Source: an uncultured Bacteroidaceae bacterium
GTDB taxonomy: Bacteria; Bacteroidota; Bacteroidia; Bacteroidales; GCA-2748055
Assembly (NCBI GenBank): GCA_964563105.1
Contig: CAZLXM010000007.1
Location: 253 to 64,252 of the forward strand
DNA: 64,000 nucleotides
Reading direction: 5' to 3'
Shown: positions 9,799 to 20,737 of the stretch, in pieces
Numbering within the stretch: the first letter of the stretch is position 1
How the letters are laid out: each line of letters begins with the position of its first letter
Program-made: the position numbers and the translations under genes
Notes under the pieces: generated by a model
The model's database searches: none
Seen by the model: the letters and a program-made list of their open reading frames with translations, nothing else
What the model was told of the DNA's origin: nothing

Positions 9799-10235
9799 AT
9801 TTTTATTATTATATATATTGAATACAATATTTTCTAAAAATCTTTTAAAAGATAAATTTACAAAAAAAACTGCTAACTAATCTTAAAATAAGCCATATAT
9901 TATTGTTGCAGGCAGTCAGTTATTTTACTGTAATTCTATTTCTAAAACTCAATATGGCCCTAAAGGGTTGCTTTTTTCCTTTCCTGATAAAACAAGTGTT
10001 ATAATTCTTCGTATTGTATTTGGCCTAGAGAGACAATTATATAGTTTTCAGGATCAGGACATAAGTTTGGCGATTTTAAACTATGCATTGGTTAATGAAT
10101 TATATTACCGGGATACCGCCCATTTTTATGAAGACAGAAAAACAGGTGTGGTAAGTGAATAAAGAACAGGTTATAAGAGATTGAAGAGAGGATATTGTTC
10201 TTTCAACATAACTGAATGTCAGGAAAGGAGATTAA

Positions 10236-10365
10236 TTAGTGGTAGCCACGGGTTTTTCAAGAATAACATGCATGCCTGTTTTTAAGGCCCTAACTGCAAC
10301 ATCATGATGAAAGTTATCTGATAAACAAATATCTACAATAGAGATAATTATATGAATAAAATGTT
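10236..10365 (-). pseudogene. Short relic of a Gfo/Idh/MocA oxidoreductase gene
   Basis: The minus-strand translation reads ...IVDICLSDNFHHDVAVRALKTGMHVILEKPVATTN*. This matches the conserved xxH...A..AL.xGxHVxxEKP segment of the family. It is bounded by stops about 43 codons apart and has no start or Rossmann region. Confidence 0.5.
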
Positions 10366-10430
10366 AGCATGACAAAAAGGTTTTGCTTCAAATTAAGTCA
10401 ATTATCCTGTTAATTAAAATCGTAAATTGA

Positions 10431-12182
10431 CTAATTAATTATATTCCCTTTTGAGTAAACAACTTTGCCCCCGACAATTGTTGCTTCTGATTCGATTTCC
10501 TTTATATTATCTACCGGGCAGGTAAGAATGTCGTCAGTAAGAATAACCATATCAGCTAGTTTTCCCCCTTCTATAGAGCCTTTTAGCAATTCTTCTGAAG
10601 ATGCAAATGCATTATTAATTGTATACATTTTCAGGGCTTCTTCCCTCGTGATTGCCTGCTGCGGTTCAATTACAGTTCCTCTTTCTGTTTTTCTTGTAAT
10701 TGCTGACCACATACCAAGAAAAGGGTTATAAGGATTAATAGAAGCATTTGCATCCCATTTTACCATGTGGTCTGAACCGCCATTAACCATAACCCCTGCA
10801 TCAAATAATGAACGATATGGATGGAAAGTGCGGATCTTTTCTTCTCCCAATATCTGAAGCATTGCGTCAGCATCTTTATAGAACCATGCAGGTTGTGAGT
10901 TTGCATATACTTCTAACTCTTTCATTTTCTTTATAGCGTCCTGTGTATAAAAATTACCATGAATTATTGAAAATCGTTTATTTTTTATTGATTTTGATTT
11001 ATTTATTTCTTCATAAACATCAAGCAGGAGATCAACACCGCCACCACCGGTTGAATGGGCCGTAAAACTCCAGTTAAGTTCATTTGCAGCTGAAACTATA
11101 GAAAGAAGCTGTTCCCGGGAATAATTCAAAACTCCTCTGTATGAAGGATCTTCAATTCCAAAAATAGCTTGTGCTTTATCACCCCAAGGTTCACGCATAT
11201 ATGCAGTTCCGGTTAAAATTCCACCATCCAGAATAATTTTTAATGGTCCTGCACGAAGCCATTCGTCACCATCACCTGTTTTATATCCGAGATTTTTTAA
11301 CCTGGCGCTCACATTTTCTTTCGTAATACTGTCTCCTCCCATCCTTAACATTATATTCTGGTAAATGCGGACTGTAAGCTTCTTATTACGGATCAAATCG
11401 TTATACATTTGAGTAGTTTCAGGATCATCTGAACCCTGGCACAAACTGGTAATTCCATATCGGTTATATCTTTCCAACATTGCTTCAAGGGCACTCAATT
11501 TTTCCTGATAAGTTAATACACGGGGGGTGGGACGTTTCAGTAAGCGAAATGCCGAAGCCCTGATAAAACCAGTTAACATTCCTGTATTTTCATCCCGTAA
11601 AAGTCCCGGATGATTTGTTGCTTTGGAAATTCCGGAAGCTTTCATTGCTGCCGAATTAATCATGCCTCCATAAGTCCCGTCAAGAAAAACCGGATGAAAT
11701 GGTGCAACTTCATCCATTTCAGTAAGGGTAGGTGATCTTAATTCTAAAAGCCGCGTTGCAAAAAACTTTGGAAAAATTATCCATTGATCTTTCTCTTTAA
11801 TTGTTGTTTGTTCTTTTATCCAATCAAGAAGTTCTGCTATAGAATGCACGTCAGGTATTTCTTCATCAATTTCACTTAAAAAAGCTAATTCAGGATGTAA
11901 ATGTGATTCATTAAGACCAGGAATTACGGTCTTTCCTTTGAGGTCAATAATTTTAGTGTTTTTCCCGGAAAACTTTTTAATCCTGGAAGAAGATCCTACA
12001 TCAATTATCATATCCTGAGTAATAGCCACTGCTTCAACGATCCTGAAATTATCATCTACAGTTACTATTTTACCGTTTAATAATATCATATCTGCAGGAT
12101 GGGTCACTTTACATGCTGAAAGGATAAGTATAAAAAAAGGAAGAAAAAAGATTGATTTCATTAAATTATTAACTGATTTCAT
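10431..12182 (-). CDS. Amidohydrolase-family (Amidohydro_3/YtcJ-like) metal-dependent hydrolase lipoprotein
   Basis: Lipobox LILSAC. HxH metal motif in GLNESHLHPE, later FTAHSTGGGG and GGSDH motifs, and a length of ~580 aa typical of the YtcJ-like group. Confidence 0.8.
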   Translation of the reverse strand: MKSVNNLMKSIFFLPFFILILSACKVTHPADMILLNGKIVTVDDNFRIVEAVAITQDMIIDVGSSSRIKKFSGKNTKIIDLKGKTVIPGLNESHLHPELAFLSEIDEEIPDVHSIAELLDWIKEQTTIKEKDQWIIFPKFFATRLLELRSPTLTEMDEVAPFHPVFLDGTYGGMINSAAMKASGISKATNHPGLLRDENTGMLTGFIRASAFRLLKRPTPRVLTYQEKLSALEAMLERYNRYGITSLCQGSDDPETTQMYNDLIRNKKLTVRIYQNIMLRMGGDSITKENVSARLKNLGYKTGDGDEWLRAGPLKIILDGGILTGTAYMREPWGDKAQAIFGIEDPSYRGVLNYSREQLLSIVSAANELNWSFTAHSTGGGGVDLLLDVYEEINKSKSIKNKRFSIIHGNFYTQDAIKKMKELEVYANSQPAWFYKDADAMLQILGEEKIRTFHPYRSLFDAGVMVNGGSDHMVKWDANASINPYNPFLGMWSAITRKTERGTVIEPQQAITREEALKMYTINNAFASSEELLKGSIEGGKLADMVILTDDILTCPVDNIKEIESEATIVGGKVVYSKGNIIN

Positions 12183-12357
12183 TATGAAAATAATATTATT
12201 TGCTTAAAAAAGTTTAATTGTGTTAAAGATAAAAAAAGAGTTTATTTTCGCCTAATTTGTAAATGGAAAAAGCAAAAGAAAAAATGAATTGACCTGTTTT
12301 CTTAAAAATACCTTATATATTTTCGTGATATTTTTAAAAGCAGTTTAGTTAAATAAA

Positions 12358-14499
12358 TTAGTCGACATAATTATTAAAATTTTCCCATTTTACATTCCAT
12401 TTTCCATTTTTTGGGAATTGACCTGAGATGCACATTTTTGCAATTGCAGTTAATAATCCCCCATTACCCGGCAAATAAACAGCAAGGTTAGGCCTTTGAT
12501 AATTGTGCCCGTTTAGGAGGTATTTATTTTTGTTGGTTTGCATTAGAAGAAAATCAATAGCTTTTTCTTCCTGGTGTAAAGATGCTGCTGACAATGCCAG
12601 CATTGGAAAATCCCATCCCCATGCTGATGGCCAGTTCCATTTAATATTTATTGAATCAAGTGAATTGCGAAGAATGTCTTTATTTATCTTATCTGTAGCA
12701 GGCAGGGCCCCTAAAATACCTGACACAACAGGATGGTCACTCAAATAACGAGTGTTTTCGTAAGAATCTTCAGTGTCTTCAGAACAGAGATAAACTCCGT
12801 TCTTTTCTGGTAATGCCGAAAGCCTGGAAACAACGTCTGCCCAGAGGGGATCAGGCTCAAGTTTTAATCTGCTTCGCCATTCCAGGGCTGTTTTAAGCGC
12901 CCAATACCAATATGCAAGTTCAAATACAGGATTTATAGTAGTTTCCGGTTTTAAACTTTCCTGTGCCGGAATTAAAACCGGGCCTAAAATATAACGATTA
13001 TCCACACTGTCAAAAAAAGCATAGGAAGCCATAAAATTTGCGGTTTCAAATACCAGTTCATTATACTTATTTAAAATTTCTTCCTTATTCTCTGCATTTT
13101 TATAAAGTAATTCGGAAAAGAAAATAAAATGTGGCTGTTGCCATATCAGGTAAGTTCCTACAGTACTGGGGCTTTCTCTGCCGTCAGGACCGGTCATTTT
13201 GGGCCATCTTACACCCGAATATCCCTGATGTTTCGCGGTTTCCATCGCTTTATCAAAGATGCTGTTATAATAGTCCATTTGCTTTTTAAGTATGTTCTCC
13301 CGTTTCCATAAAGCAAAATGAACTGCATGCCACCAATGCATTTCCAGATGGAACTTACCATACCAGCTATTATAAGTCAGGCCGGTTTCGGCAGGAGGAA
13401 GTGAACCACTGCATTGGATTTTGGTAAGATATTGTGATAATATAACTCTTCTTTCTAATTCAAATGCCCTTGGATCAGTACATTGTGAAAAGTCCGCTGC
13501 AGCTCCGCTTGTCCAGAATTCTTTCCAGGCCCTTCTGCTTTCACGCCTGCTTTCACGAAAAGTATATAAAGTACTATCAATTAGCGACTTACTAAAGCAA
13601 AAAGAACTCTCAAAAGATGAATCTTTCAATTCGGGGATAATATAATATAAATGTTTCGAAACTTCTGTTATACGGGCATTTCTATGGACAGCCATAAAAT
13701 AATATCTGTCTTTAGTTTGTTCACGTTCAATAATTGTATGATCAGTTGACCCGGAGATAATTTTAGTAGAATGTTTTTCGGGTTTATTAAAATCATAAGC
13801 TGAAGGTAAAGGTGTTCCTAATGGAAAATGAATTTTAATTTTCAATTGCCCTGTAGAAATTAGCCTGGAAGTTATTTTCACAGAAACTAAATCTGATTTT
13901 GGGTGACAAACAGTATGTACCTCAACTGCTGAGCCCTCCACATAAAATTTACTTTTTATCATGCCTGTCCACAAATCAAGCTTTTGAACGGGATTAGTGA
14001 TATCCTGAATATTTATCTCTGATCCGTCTTTCTTTACAATTTGTAGGCCTATCATCCCCAGGTGGATGCGATGAGGATTGGTGCGTAACCATTCGGAAGC
14101 CCGGACTTTTCTTGAATCTGCATGGTCTCTGAACTGATGAACATAATTTATGGTCCTGCCGTGAACTTCATAACTTTTGTAAACATCTGTCAATTGAAAA
14201 TTTTCAGTATTTTCATTTCTATGCCAGCCCCAGTTCGACATAGTACCTAAAGGGATACCTTTTTCATAAATTTCCGGAAAGGTCTGTAAACCGGTAATAT
14301 CAACCGTAAATGCAAAATCGCCATTACCTAATGACAAGGAACTAAGGCTGTCAATAATGGAGTGTTCAATATTATGTCTGGTAACCAGATCAAAACGGTT
14401 AATAGAAGAAGAGAAATTACATGCTGTCAGATAACAACATACAAATATTATTAAAGAGAAAAAAGTAGTTTTAAATCTATTATGATGATTTCCATTCAT
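12358..14499 (-). CDS. Large lipoprotein, putative (alpha/alpha)6-type glycoside hydrolase of unassigned family
   Basis: Lipobox YLTAC. N-terminal LGNGDFAFTVDITGLQTF resembles the N-domains of GH65/GH95-like enzymes. The aromatic-rich helical C-terminal half contains EMHWWHAVHF and YLIWQQPHFIFF. I could not assign a family. Confidence 0.4.
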   Translation of the reverse strand: MNGNHHNRFKTTFFSLIIFVCCYLTACNFSSSINRFDLVTRHNIEHSIIDSLSSLSLGNGDFAFTVDITGLQTFPEIYEKGIPLGTMSNWGWHRNENTENFQLTDVYKSYEVHGRTINYVHQFRDHADSRKVRASEWLRTNPHRIHLGMIGLQIVKKDGSEINIQDITNPVQKLDLWTGMIKSKFYVEGSAVEVHTVCHPKSDLVSVKITSRLISTGQLKIKIHFPLGTPLPSAYDFNKPEKHSTKIISGSTDHTIIEREQTKDRYYFMAVHRNARITEVSKHLYYIIPELKDSSFESSFCFSKSLIDSTLYTFRESRRESRRAWKEFWTSGAAADFSQCTDPRAFELERRVILSQYLTKIQCSGSLPPAETGLTYNSWYGKFHLEMHWWHAVHFALWKRENILKKQMDYYNSIFDKAMETAKHQGYSGVRWPKMTGPDGRESPSTVGTYLIWQQPHFIFFSELLYKNAENKEEILNKYNELVFETANFMASYAFFDSVDNRYILGPVLIPAQESLKPETTINPVFELAYWYWALKTALEWRSRLKLEPDPLWADVVSRLSALPEKNGVYLCSEDTEDSYENTRYLSDHPVVSGILGALPATDKINKDILRNSLDSINIKWNWPSAWGWDFPMLALSAASLHQEEKAIDFLLMQTNKNKYLLNGHNYQRPNLAVYLPGNGGLLTAIAKMCISGQFPKNGKWNVKWENFNNYVD

Positions 14500-14881
14500 T
14501 TTTAGGATACTTAGAGTTTAAATATATTCAGGTTTAATTTTTCGGTCTTATTTATAACTTCATTATTTAATTAATTACAAAAATAATGAATTTCACAAAG
14601 TTGTTATGAAATTATAAGTGTGTGAATATATTGGATTTTTGATAATTTTGTTTAAGGTCAAAATAAGTTCTATTAAATTGGATTAAAGAAACAGATTAAA
14701 AATTATATTTGATCCTGATCTTTATGAAAAGGCTGATCTGATCCTTAATATTTAATTATGTTACCATCAGGAGGTATTGATTTTTTTCCTGAAGCATGAA
14801 CTATTTAAAACATGTCTCATGCAGGAGCAAAAAAAATGAAAATATTCTGTGATTTATAACAATATCCTTTAACTTAAAAAA

Positions 14882-17167
14882 ATGAAGCGAAGAATCTCAT
14901 TTAAATATCTTATTTATACAATTTTTATTCATTTTATCACAATAATTCCAATAGCAGCACAGGCAGTTTCAAAAATTGAATGGATGACCATTGATAATGT
15001 AGCTATCCCCATTCCCCCGGCAGAACATCCCCGGCTTTTCTTAATGGCTTCGGATGTAAATGGGATAAGAGCCAGATTAGAGCATCCGGTATTGAAATCT
15101 GTAGTTGATTCCTTACGTATTCAATCAGGCTATTCTCTCCAGTTGAAATTGGAATGGGATGCCATTCAGTATTTAGTTTCAAAAGACAAAATACTCGGAC
15201 GATCTATTATTGATTCTGCACTGATTTTATTGCAGCAAACAGAGTTGCCGCAAATGGGTGATGCTGCCCGTGTTACCGGAAGGATGATGGTTACCGGGGC
15301 TATTATATACGATTGGCTTTATCCTTTAATTACCAACAAAGAAAAAGATGTATTTATTAGAGAATTAATCCGCCTTGCAAAAACTTTGGAATGTGGGTAT
15401 CCGCCTGCTAAACAGGGATCTGTGACCGGCCATTCATCGGAAAGTTTTATTATGCGTGATATGTTATCAGCCGGAATAGCAATATATGATGAATTTCCTG
15501 AAATGTATGAACTGGCTGCTACCCGGTTTTTCCGTGATCATGTCCCTGTTCGTAACTGGTTATATAATGGCCATGCGTATCATCAGGGTGATTCCTATGG
15601 CCCCTTAAGATTTAGCTGGGATACTTATCCATTAATGATCTTTAGCAGAATGGGTGTGAATAATGTATATAATCCGGAACAACAATATGTTCCTTATTTT
15701 TATCTTTATACTACACGTCCTGATGGTCAGCGAATGCGTGCAGGTGATACTTACTTTCATTCCGGTCATGGTGCAACACATGGAAGACCATGGGATCAAT
15801 ATGTTGGCACTTTATTTACGGCTGGTTATTATAAGGACGGGATTTTACTTGATCAATTCCTCCGCCAGGGAGGCAGTGATGGAAAAGCTCATGGCAGGAT
15901 CAATCAAAGAGAATATATTTTCCAGTTTTTATGGCGGGATTTGGAATTGCAGGCTCAATCAATTACCACATTACCTCTTTCAAGATATTTTGGGCCTCCA
16001 TTTGGATGGATGGTGGCCAGAACAGGCTGGGATGAAAATTCTGTTATATCTGAAATGAAGATCAATGTTTATAATTTCAGTAATCATCAGCATTTGGATG
16101 CAGGGGCCTTCCAGATTTATTACAGGGGGCCTCTTGCTACAGAATCCGGACTTTATGCCGGAACCAGCGGTGCTTATGGAAGCCCTCATTGTAAAAATTA
16201 TTACTGGCGTACCATTGCTCATAATTCTCTATTAGTTTATGATCCTGATGAAAAATTTAGCCCGCGGGGTGATTTTGGAAATGATGGAGGGCAGCGTTTG
16301 CCAAATAACCGATATGAACCACTAAACCTGGAATCAATGCTTGATCCGGATAAAGGATATAAAACCGGTGAAGTATTGGCACATAGTTATGGTCCCTGTC
16401 TCAAAGAACCGGATTATACCTATATTAAAGGCGATATAACAGATGCCTATAGTACAAAAGTTAAAGATGTTAAGCGTTCATTTGTCTTCCTGAATTTGAA
16501 AAATAATAAAGTTCCCGCTGCGCTTATTATTTTTGATAAAGTTGTGTCCTCATCTCCTTCATTTAAAAAATACTGGTTACTCCATAGCATTGATGAACCG
16601 GAAATAAAAGGAAATGAAGTAACAATTATGAGAAGAGAACAAAAAGAAAACGGAAAACTGGTAAACATCAGTCTGATCCCTGAAAAGAATAATTTTGAAC
16701 TTAAATCTGTGGGAGGCCCTGGCAAAGAATTTTGGGTATTCGGCACAAATTATGAAAATGAAATGCGTGATGCCTCCGGCTTACATACCTATGAAAGAGC
16801 TGCATGGCGTATTGAACTTTCACCAAAATTCCCTGTAAGTGACAATTATTTTCTGAATGTTATGCAGGTGATGGAAAATAATATTAAAGAAATGCATGTG
16901 AGTAAGATCGAGGGTGATAAAATAATTGGCGTCCTGATTTTTGACAGGATTGTGTTTTTTAGTAAAAATTTGGACGAAATAAATTCATCGTTTACTTTTT
17001 CTATAAAAAAAGATGGTATTTTTAAAATTCTTATTACTGATTTACCTGCCGGGAAATGGAAAGTAATAAAGGATGGAGAAGTTATTATACCTTCAATAAA
17101 TGTTCGTGATCAGGAAGGAACTTTATATTTTGAAGGCAAAAAAGGAAATTATTCAGTTATCAGGTAA
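14882..17167 (+). CDS. Heparinase II-like polysaccharide lyase (PL21-type), copy 1
   Basis: Signal peptide present. Long motif matches to Pedobacter heparinus heparinase II as I recall it: VTGAIIYDW, LECGYPP, MRDMLSAGIAIYDEFPEMY, YHQGDSYG, NHQHLDAGAFQIYY, RTIAHNSLLVYDP, NDGGQRLP, DYTYIKGDIT, VPAALIIFDKV and KKYWLLHSI. Confidence 0.85.
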   Translation: MKRRISFKYLIYTIFIHFITIIPIAAQAVSKIEWMTIDNVAIPIPPAEHPRLFLMASDVNGIRARLEHPVLKSVVDSLRIQSGYSLQLKLEWDAIQYLVSKDKILGRSIIDSALILLQQTELPQMGDAARVTGRMMVTGAIIYDWLYPLITNKEKDVFIRELIRLAKTLECGYPPAKQGSVTGHSSESFIMRDMLSAGIAIYDEFPEMYELAATRFFRDHVPVRNWLYNGHAYHQGDSYGPLRFSWDTYPLMIFSRMGVNNVYNPEQQYVPYFYLYTTRPDGQRMRAGDTYFHSGHGATHGRPWDQYVGTLFTAGYYKDGILLDQFLRQGGSDGKAHGRINQREYIFQFLWRDLELQAQSITTLPLSRYFGPPFGWMVARTGWDENSVISEMKINVYNFSNHQHLDAGAFQIYYRGPLATESGLYAGTSGAYGSPHCKNYYWRTIAHNSLLVYDPDEKFSPRGDFGNDGGQRLPNNRYEPLNLESMLDPDKGYKTGEVLAHSYGPCLKEPDYTYIKGDITDAYSTKVKDVKRSFVFLNLKNNKVPAALIIFDKVVSSSPSFKKYWLLHSIDEPEIKGNEVTIMRREQKENGKLVNISLIPEKNNFELKSVGGPGKEFWVFGTNYENEMRDASGLHTYERAAWRIELSPKFPVSDNYFLNVMQVMENNIKEMHVSKIEGDKIIGVLIFDRIVFFSKNLDEINSSFTFSIKKDGIFKILITDLPAGKWKVIKDGEVIIPSINVRDQEGTLYFEGKKGNYSVIR

Positions 17168-17308
17168 GGCCTTTTAAATTTTTTCTGCCTAAAGTCAATG
17201 TAGCATTGTGAAATATTTTGTGAATATATTTTCGTTAAATTGAAACACTTATTTTTGCATGGTATCAAAACACTCTAATATACAATAGCATAGTTAAAAT
17301 ATCTAAAG

Positions 17309-19588
17309 ATGGAACCGGAAAATTTTAAATTGACAATAAATAAGCTTTTAATAATTATATTTATGCTGTTATCAGGTTGTAAGCATGATGACAATTTACT
17401 TACAGCTCAGCCTGAAACAGAGGTCCTATGGAAAAATATTGATACAATTGCAATTCCTCTTCCTCCTTCCATACATCCCCGCTTATATATAAACAGTACT
17501 GATGTTGCTGAAATGGGAACAAGATTAAAAAATCCTGTTTTACAACATATTGTTGGAAAACTAATTTCACAATCAGATAAAACACCGCAAAATCAGGTTG
17601 AATGGAATGCTATTTTTTATCTTGTAAATAAAGATAAGTCATTTGGAAGAAATATTATTGATTCTACTGCAGCTTTATTAAAAAGGACAGTGTTACCAGA
17701 TATCCTTGATGCAGCCAGGGTAACGGGGAGGATGATGGTAACAGGGGCAATAGTTTATGATTGGCTTTATCCCTTATTGAGCACTGCAGATAAAGAGTTA
17801 TTTATCAGTGAATTAGTTCGTTTAGCCAAAACTCTTGAATGTGGTTATCCGCCAACTAAACAGGGATCTGTAACAGGACATTCATCTGAAAGTTTTGTTA
17901 TGCGTGATATGTTATCAGCCGGCATAGCCATTTATGATGAATTCCCCGAAATGTATGAACTTGCTGCAACACGGTTTTTTCGTGAACATTTACCTGTCAG
18001 GAACTGGTTATATAACGGCCATGCCTATCATCAGGGTGATTCATACGGTCCTCACCGGTTTAGCTGGGATACTTATCCTTTAATGATTTTCAGTAAAATG
18101 GGATTAGATAATATATATAATCCCGATCAGCAGTTTGTACCTTATTTTTATATCTATACTACCAGGCCGGATGGCCAAAGGATGCGGGCAGGTGATACTT
18201 TTGCCCATAGTGCAGCTCCGGGAAGGCCTTGGGGTCAATATGCAGGTACATTATTCGCTGCGGGTTATTATAATGACGGAATTTTACTTGAGCAATTCCT
18301 TCGTCAGGGTAGAAGTGATGGTAACGAAAATATATTCCAGTTTTTATGGTGGAATACAGAACTGCAACCTAAGCCAATTAATGACCTGCCACTTTCCAGA
18401 TATTTCGGGCCACCTTTCGGATGGATGGTTGCCCGCACAGGGTGGGATAAAAATTCGGTAATTGCTGAAATGAAAATAAATGAATATAATTTTACCAACC
18501 ACCAACATTTGGATGCAGGGTCATTTCAGATATATTACAAAGGCCCCCTTGCCACTGAATCTGGTTTATATTCCGGAACTGACGGAGAATATGGAAGTTC
18601 TCACTGTAAAAACTACTATTGGCGTACAATTGCGCATAATAGTCTTTTAATTTATGACCCGCTTGAAAAATTCGGTTCAGGAAATGGTTATGGCAATGAC
18701 GGAGGACAACGCTTGCCAAATAATCGCTCTGAACCACGGAATCTTAATGTTATGTTAAATCCTGCAAATGGTTATAAAACAGGTGAAATTATTGCTCATG
18801 GATTTGGAGATTCCAGGGATAAACCTGATTATACCTACTTAAAGGGTGATATAACAAAAGCATACAGTTCAAAAGTAATTGAGCTGAAACGTTCTTTTGT
18901 CTTCCTAAACCTTAAAAATGACAATGTCCCTGCTGCTCTTGTAATATATGATAAAATAATTTCTTCGCAATCTTCATATAAAAAATATTGGCTGCTTCAT
19001 AGTATTGAGGAGCCTGTTTTACAGCAAAATAAAGTAATAATTAGTCATTCTGATATTGATGCAAATGGACGCCTTGTAAATATCTGCCTGATTCCGGAGA
19101 AAAATAATATGGAAATTAATGCAGTTGGAGGGCCGGGCAAAGAATTTTGGGTATTTGGAGTGAATTATAAAAATGATCCAAAATATATAAATCCAAATAC
19201 ATATGAAAATGCTGCCTGGCGAATTGAAATTTCACCTCTAGAAGCTTCTCAGGAAAACTATTTCCTAAATATAATGCAGGTAATGGAGAATCATGTTAAA
19301 GAACTGGATGTAAAAAAAGTAGAAGGTAATGATATTACCGGGGCAGTTATTGCAGATCGTATTGTTTTTTTTAGTAAAACCTCCGGTGAAATAAATTCTT
19401 CAGTTAATTTTAGTATTGAAGATGAAGGGAGTTATATGGTTCTCATTACAGATCTTGCACCCGGAAAATGGCAGATTTGGCGGGATGATAAGTTAATTGT
19501 TCAGAACGCTGAAGTAAAGGGCGAAGAAAAAGCACTATATTTTGAGGGATTAAAAGGGAAGTATGTATTAACAAAATTGCTTAAATAA
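17309..19588 (+). CDS. Heparinase II-like polysaccharide lyase (PL21-type), copy 2 (tandem paralogue, lipoprotein)
   Basis: Lipobox MLLSGC. It carries the same motif set as copy 1, with long identical runs such as AKTLECGYPP.KQGSVTGHSSESF.MRDMLSAGIAIYDEFPEMYELAATRFFR. Confidence 0.85.
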   Translation: MEPENFKLTINKLLIIIFMLLSGCKHDDNLLTAQPETEVLWKNIDTIAIPLPPSIHPRLYINSTDVAEMGTRLKNPVLQHIVGKLISQSDKTPQNQVEWNAIFYLVNKDKSFGRNIIDSTAALLKRTVLPDILDAARVTGRMMVTGAIVYDWLYPLLSTADKELFISELVRLAKTLECGYPPTKQGSVTGHSSESFVMRDMLSAGIAIYDEFPEMYELAATRFFREHLPVRNWLYNGHAYHQGDSYGPHRFSWDTYPLMIFSKMGLDNIYNPDQQFVPYFYIYTTRPDGQRMRAGDTFAHSAAPGRPWGQYAGTLFAAGYYNDGILLEQFLRQGRSDGNENIFQFLWWNTELQPKPINDLPLSRYFGPPFGWMVARTGWDKNSVIAEMKINEYNFTNHQHLDAGSFQIYYKGPLATESGLYSGTDGEYGSSHCKNYYWRTIAHNSLLIYDPLEKFGSGNGYGNDGGQRLPNNRSEPRNLNVMLNPANGYKTGEIIAHGFGDSRDKPDYTYLKGDITKAYSSKVIELKRSFVFLNLKNDNVPAALVIYDKIISSQSSYKKYWLLHSIEEPVLQQNKVIISHSDIDANGRLVNICLIPEKNNMEINAVGGPGKEFWVFGVNYKNDPKYINPNTYENAAWRIEISPLEASQENYFLNIMQVMENHVKELDVKKVEGNDITGAVIADRIVFFSKTSGEINSSVNFSIEDEGSYMVLITDLAPGKWQIWRDDKLIVQNAEVKGEEKALYFEGLKGKYVLTKLLK

Positions 19589-19651
19589 TTAATTTAAATC
19601 TGATCCTATTGATATAAAAGATAAGTATTCATTTTTAAAAATGTTTAAGAT

Positions 19652-20683
19652 ATGACATATCAATCGAGAAGGAAATTTATGAAAAATGCATCATTTGGGG
19701 CGACTGCATTTGGACTATCTGGTTTTACACCTGCAGCCGGTAATTATGATAAAAAGGAAATTAAACGGATGCCCCGGGAAGTATGGATCGCAACTATTAC
19801 CCAGCATAATATCGGTGGTAATAATATCCGGGAATCCATCCAATCTGCATTAAGGCAGATGGAAAATGCCCTACCATTTAAACCTGATATCTATTGCCTT
19901 CCTGAAGCATTTCATGTTGCAGCAGTGAAGGGAGGGAGGCCGTCTCCTGAAATTTCTGCTGAAAATGGATCCGGAAATATTATAAACCCTTTTCAGGCAT
20001 TCGCAAAAAAGAATAACTGTTATGTGATATGTTCTGTTTATACTGTTGAGAGTGGGAAATATTATAATGCAGCTGTTATTATTGACCGCCAGGGTAAATA
20101 TATGGGTGAATATAGGAAAGTGAGGTTAACAGTGGAAGAGTTAAAATATTTAACTCCCGGGCCCCGGGATATTCCTGTGTTTCAAACTGATTTTGGAATA
20201 ATAGGTGTACAAATATGTTTTGATATTGAATGGCCCGAGGGATGGTCCCGGCTGGGTGATAAAGGAGCTGAAATGGTATTTTGGCCCTCTGCCTTTGCAG
20301 GTGGCAAGATGGTGAACACATATGCCTGGCAAAATCACTACTGTGTAATTTCAAGTACAAGGAAAAATACCAGTAAAATTTGTGATATTACCGGAGAAGA
20401 AATTGCAGTAAGCGGAAACTATAGTCCCTGGGGAGTATGTGCTCCGGTAAATCTGGAAAAGGCATTTCTTCATAGCTGGCCGTATAATAAACATTTTCCT
20501 GAAATAGAGCGCAAATACGGCAGGAAAGTTAGGATATATACTCTGCATGAAGAGGAATTTTCAATAATAGAAAGTTTATCGATGGATATAAAGGTCGCAG
20601 ATATTATGAAAGAATTTGGTTTAAAAACGCATCGTGAACATAAAAAAATTGCTGAATTAGAACAAAATAAATTTTATTCCTGA
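19652..20683 (+). CDS. Carbon-nitrogen hydrolase family protein with a Tat-type signal (paralogue of 2228-3277)
   Basis: SRRKFMKNASFGATAFG twin-arginine motif. Triad contexts are CLPEAFH, YRKVRL and GVQICFDIEW, plus FWPSAFAGG. It starts 63 nt after heparinase II-like copy 2. Confidence 0.8.
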   Translation: MTYQSRRKFMKNASFGATAFGLSGFTPAAGNYDKKEIKRMPREVWIATITQHNIGGNNIRESIQSALRQMENALPFKPDIYCLPEAFHVAAVKGGRPSPEISAENGSGNIINPFQAFAKKNNCYVICSVYTVESGKYYNAAVIIDRQGKYMGEYRKVRLTVEELKYLTPGPRDIPVFQTDFGIIGVQICFDIEWPEGWSRLGDKGAEMVFWPSAFAGGKMVNTYAWQNHYCVISSTRKNTSKICDITGEEIAVSGNYSPWGVCAPVNLEKAFLHSWPYNKHFPEIERKYGRKVRIYTLHEEEFSIIESLSMDIKVADIMKEFGLKTHREHKKIAELEQNKFYS

Positions 20684-20737
20684 CTTTTTTTATCCGGTTT
20701 TTATTATTGATTCATTTATTATTACAAAGGGACTAAT

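Noticed and set aside
6397-9960. Considered that the duplicated two-gene modules (6534-9798 and 23301-26268) are mobile cassettes.
   Set aside because: I found no integrase, transposase, flanking inverted or direct repeats, or tRNA attachment site. The copies are substantially diverged, which is consistent with an old segmental duplication rather than recent transposition.
9968-10162. 64-aa plus-strand ORF in the 630-bp gap between the CxxCH lipoprotein gene and the amidohydrolase gene.
   Set aside because: It has a non-ATG start, no recognisable family and no obvious promoter box. It sits in a region that also contains an oxidoreductase gene relic, so it is more likely degenerate DNA than a gene.
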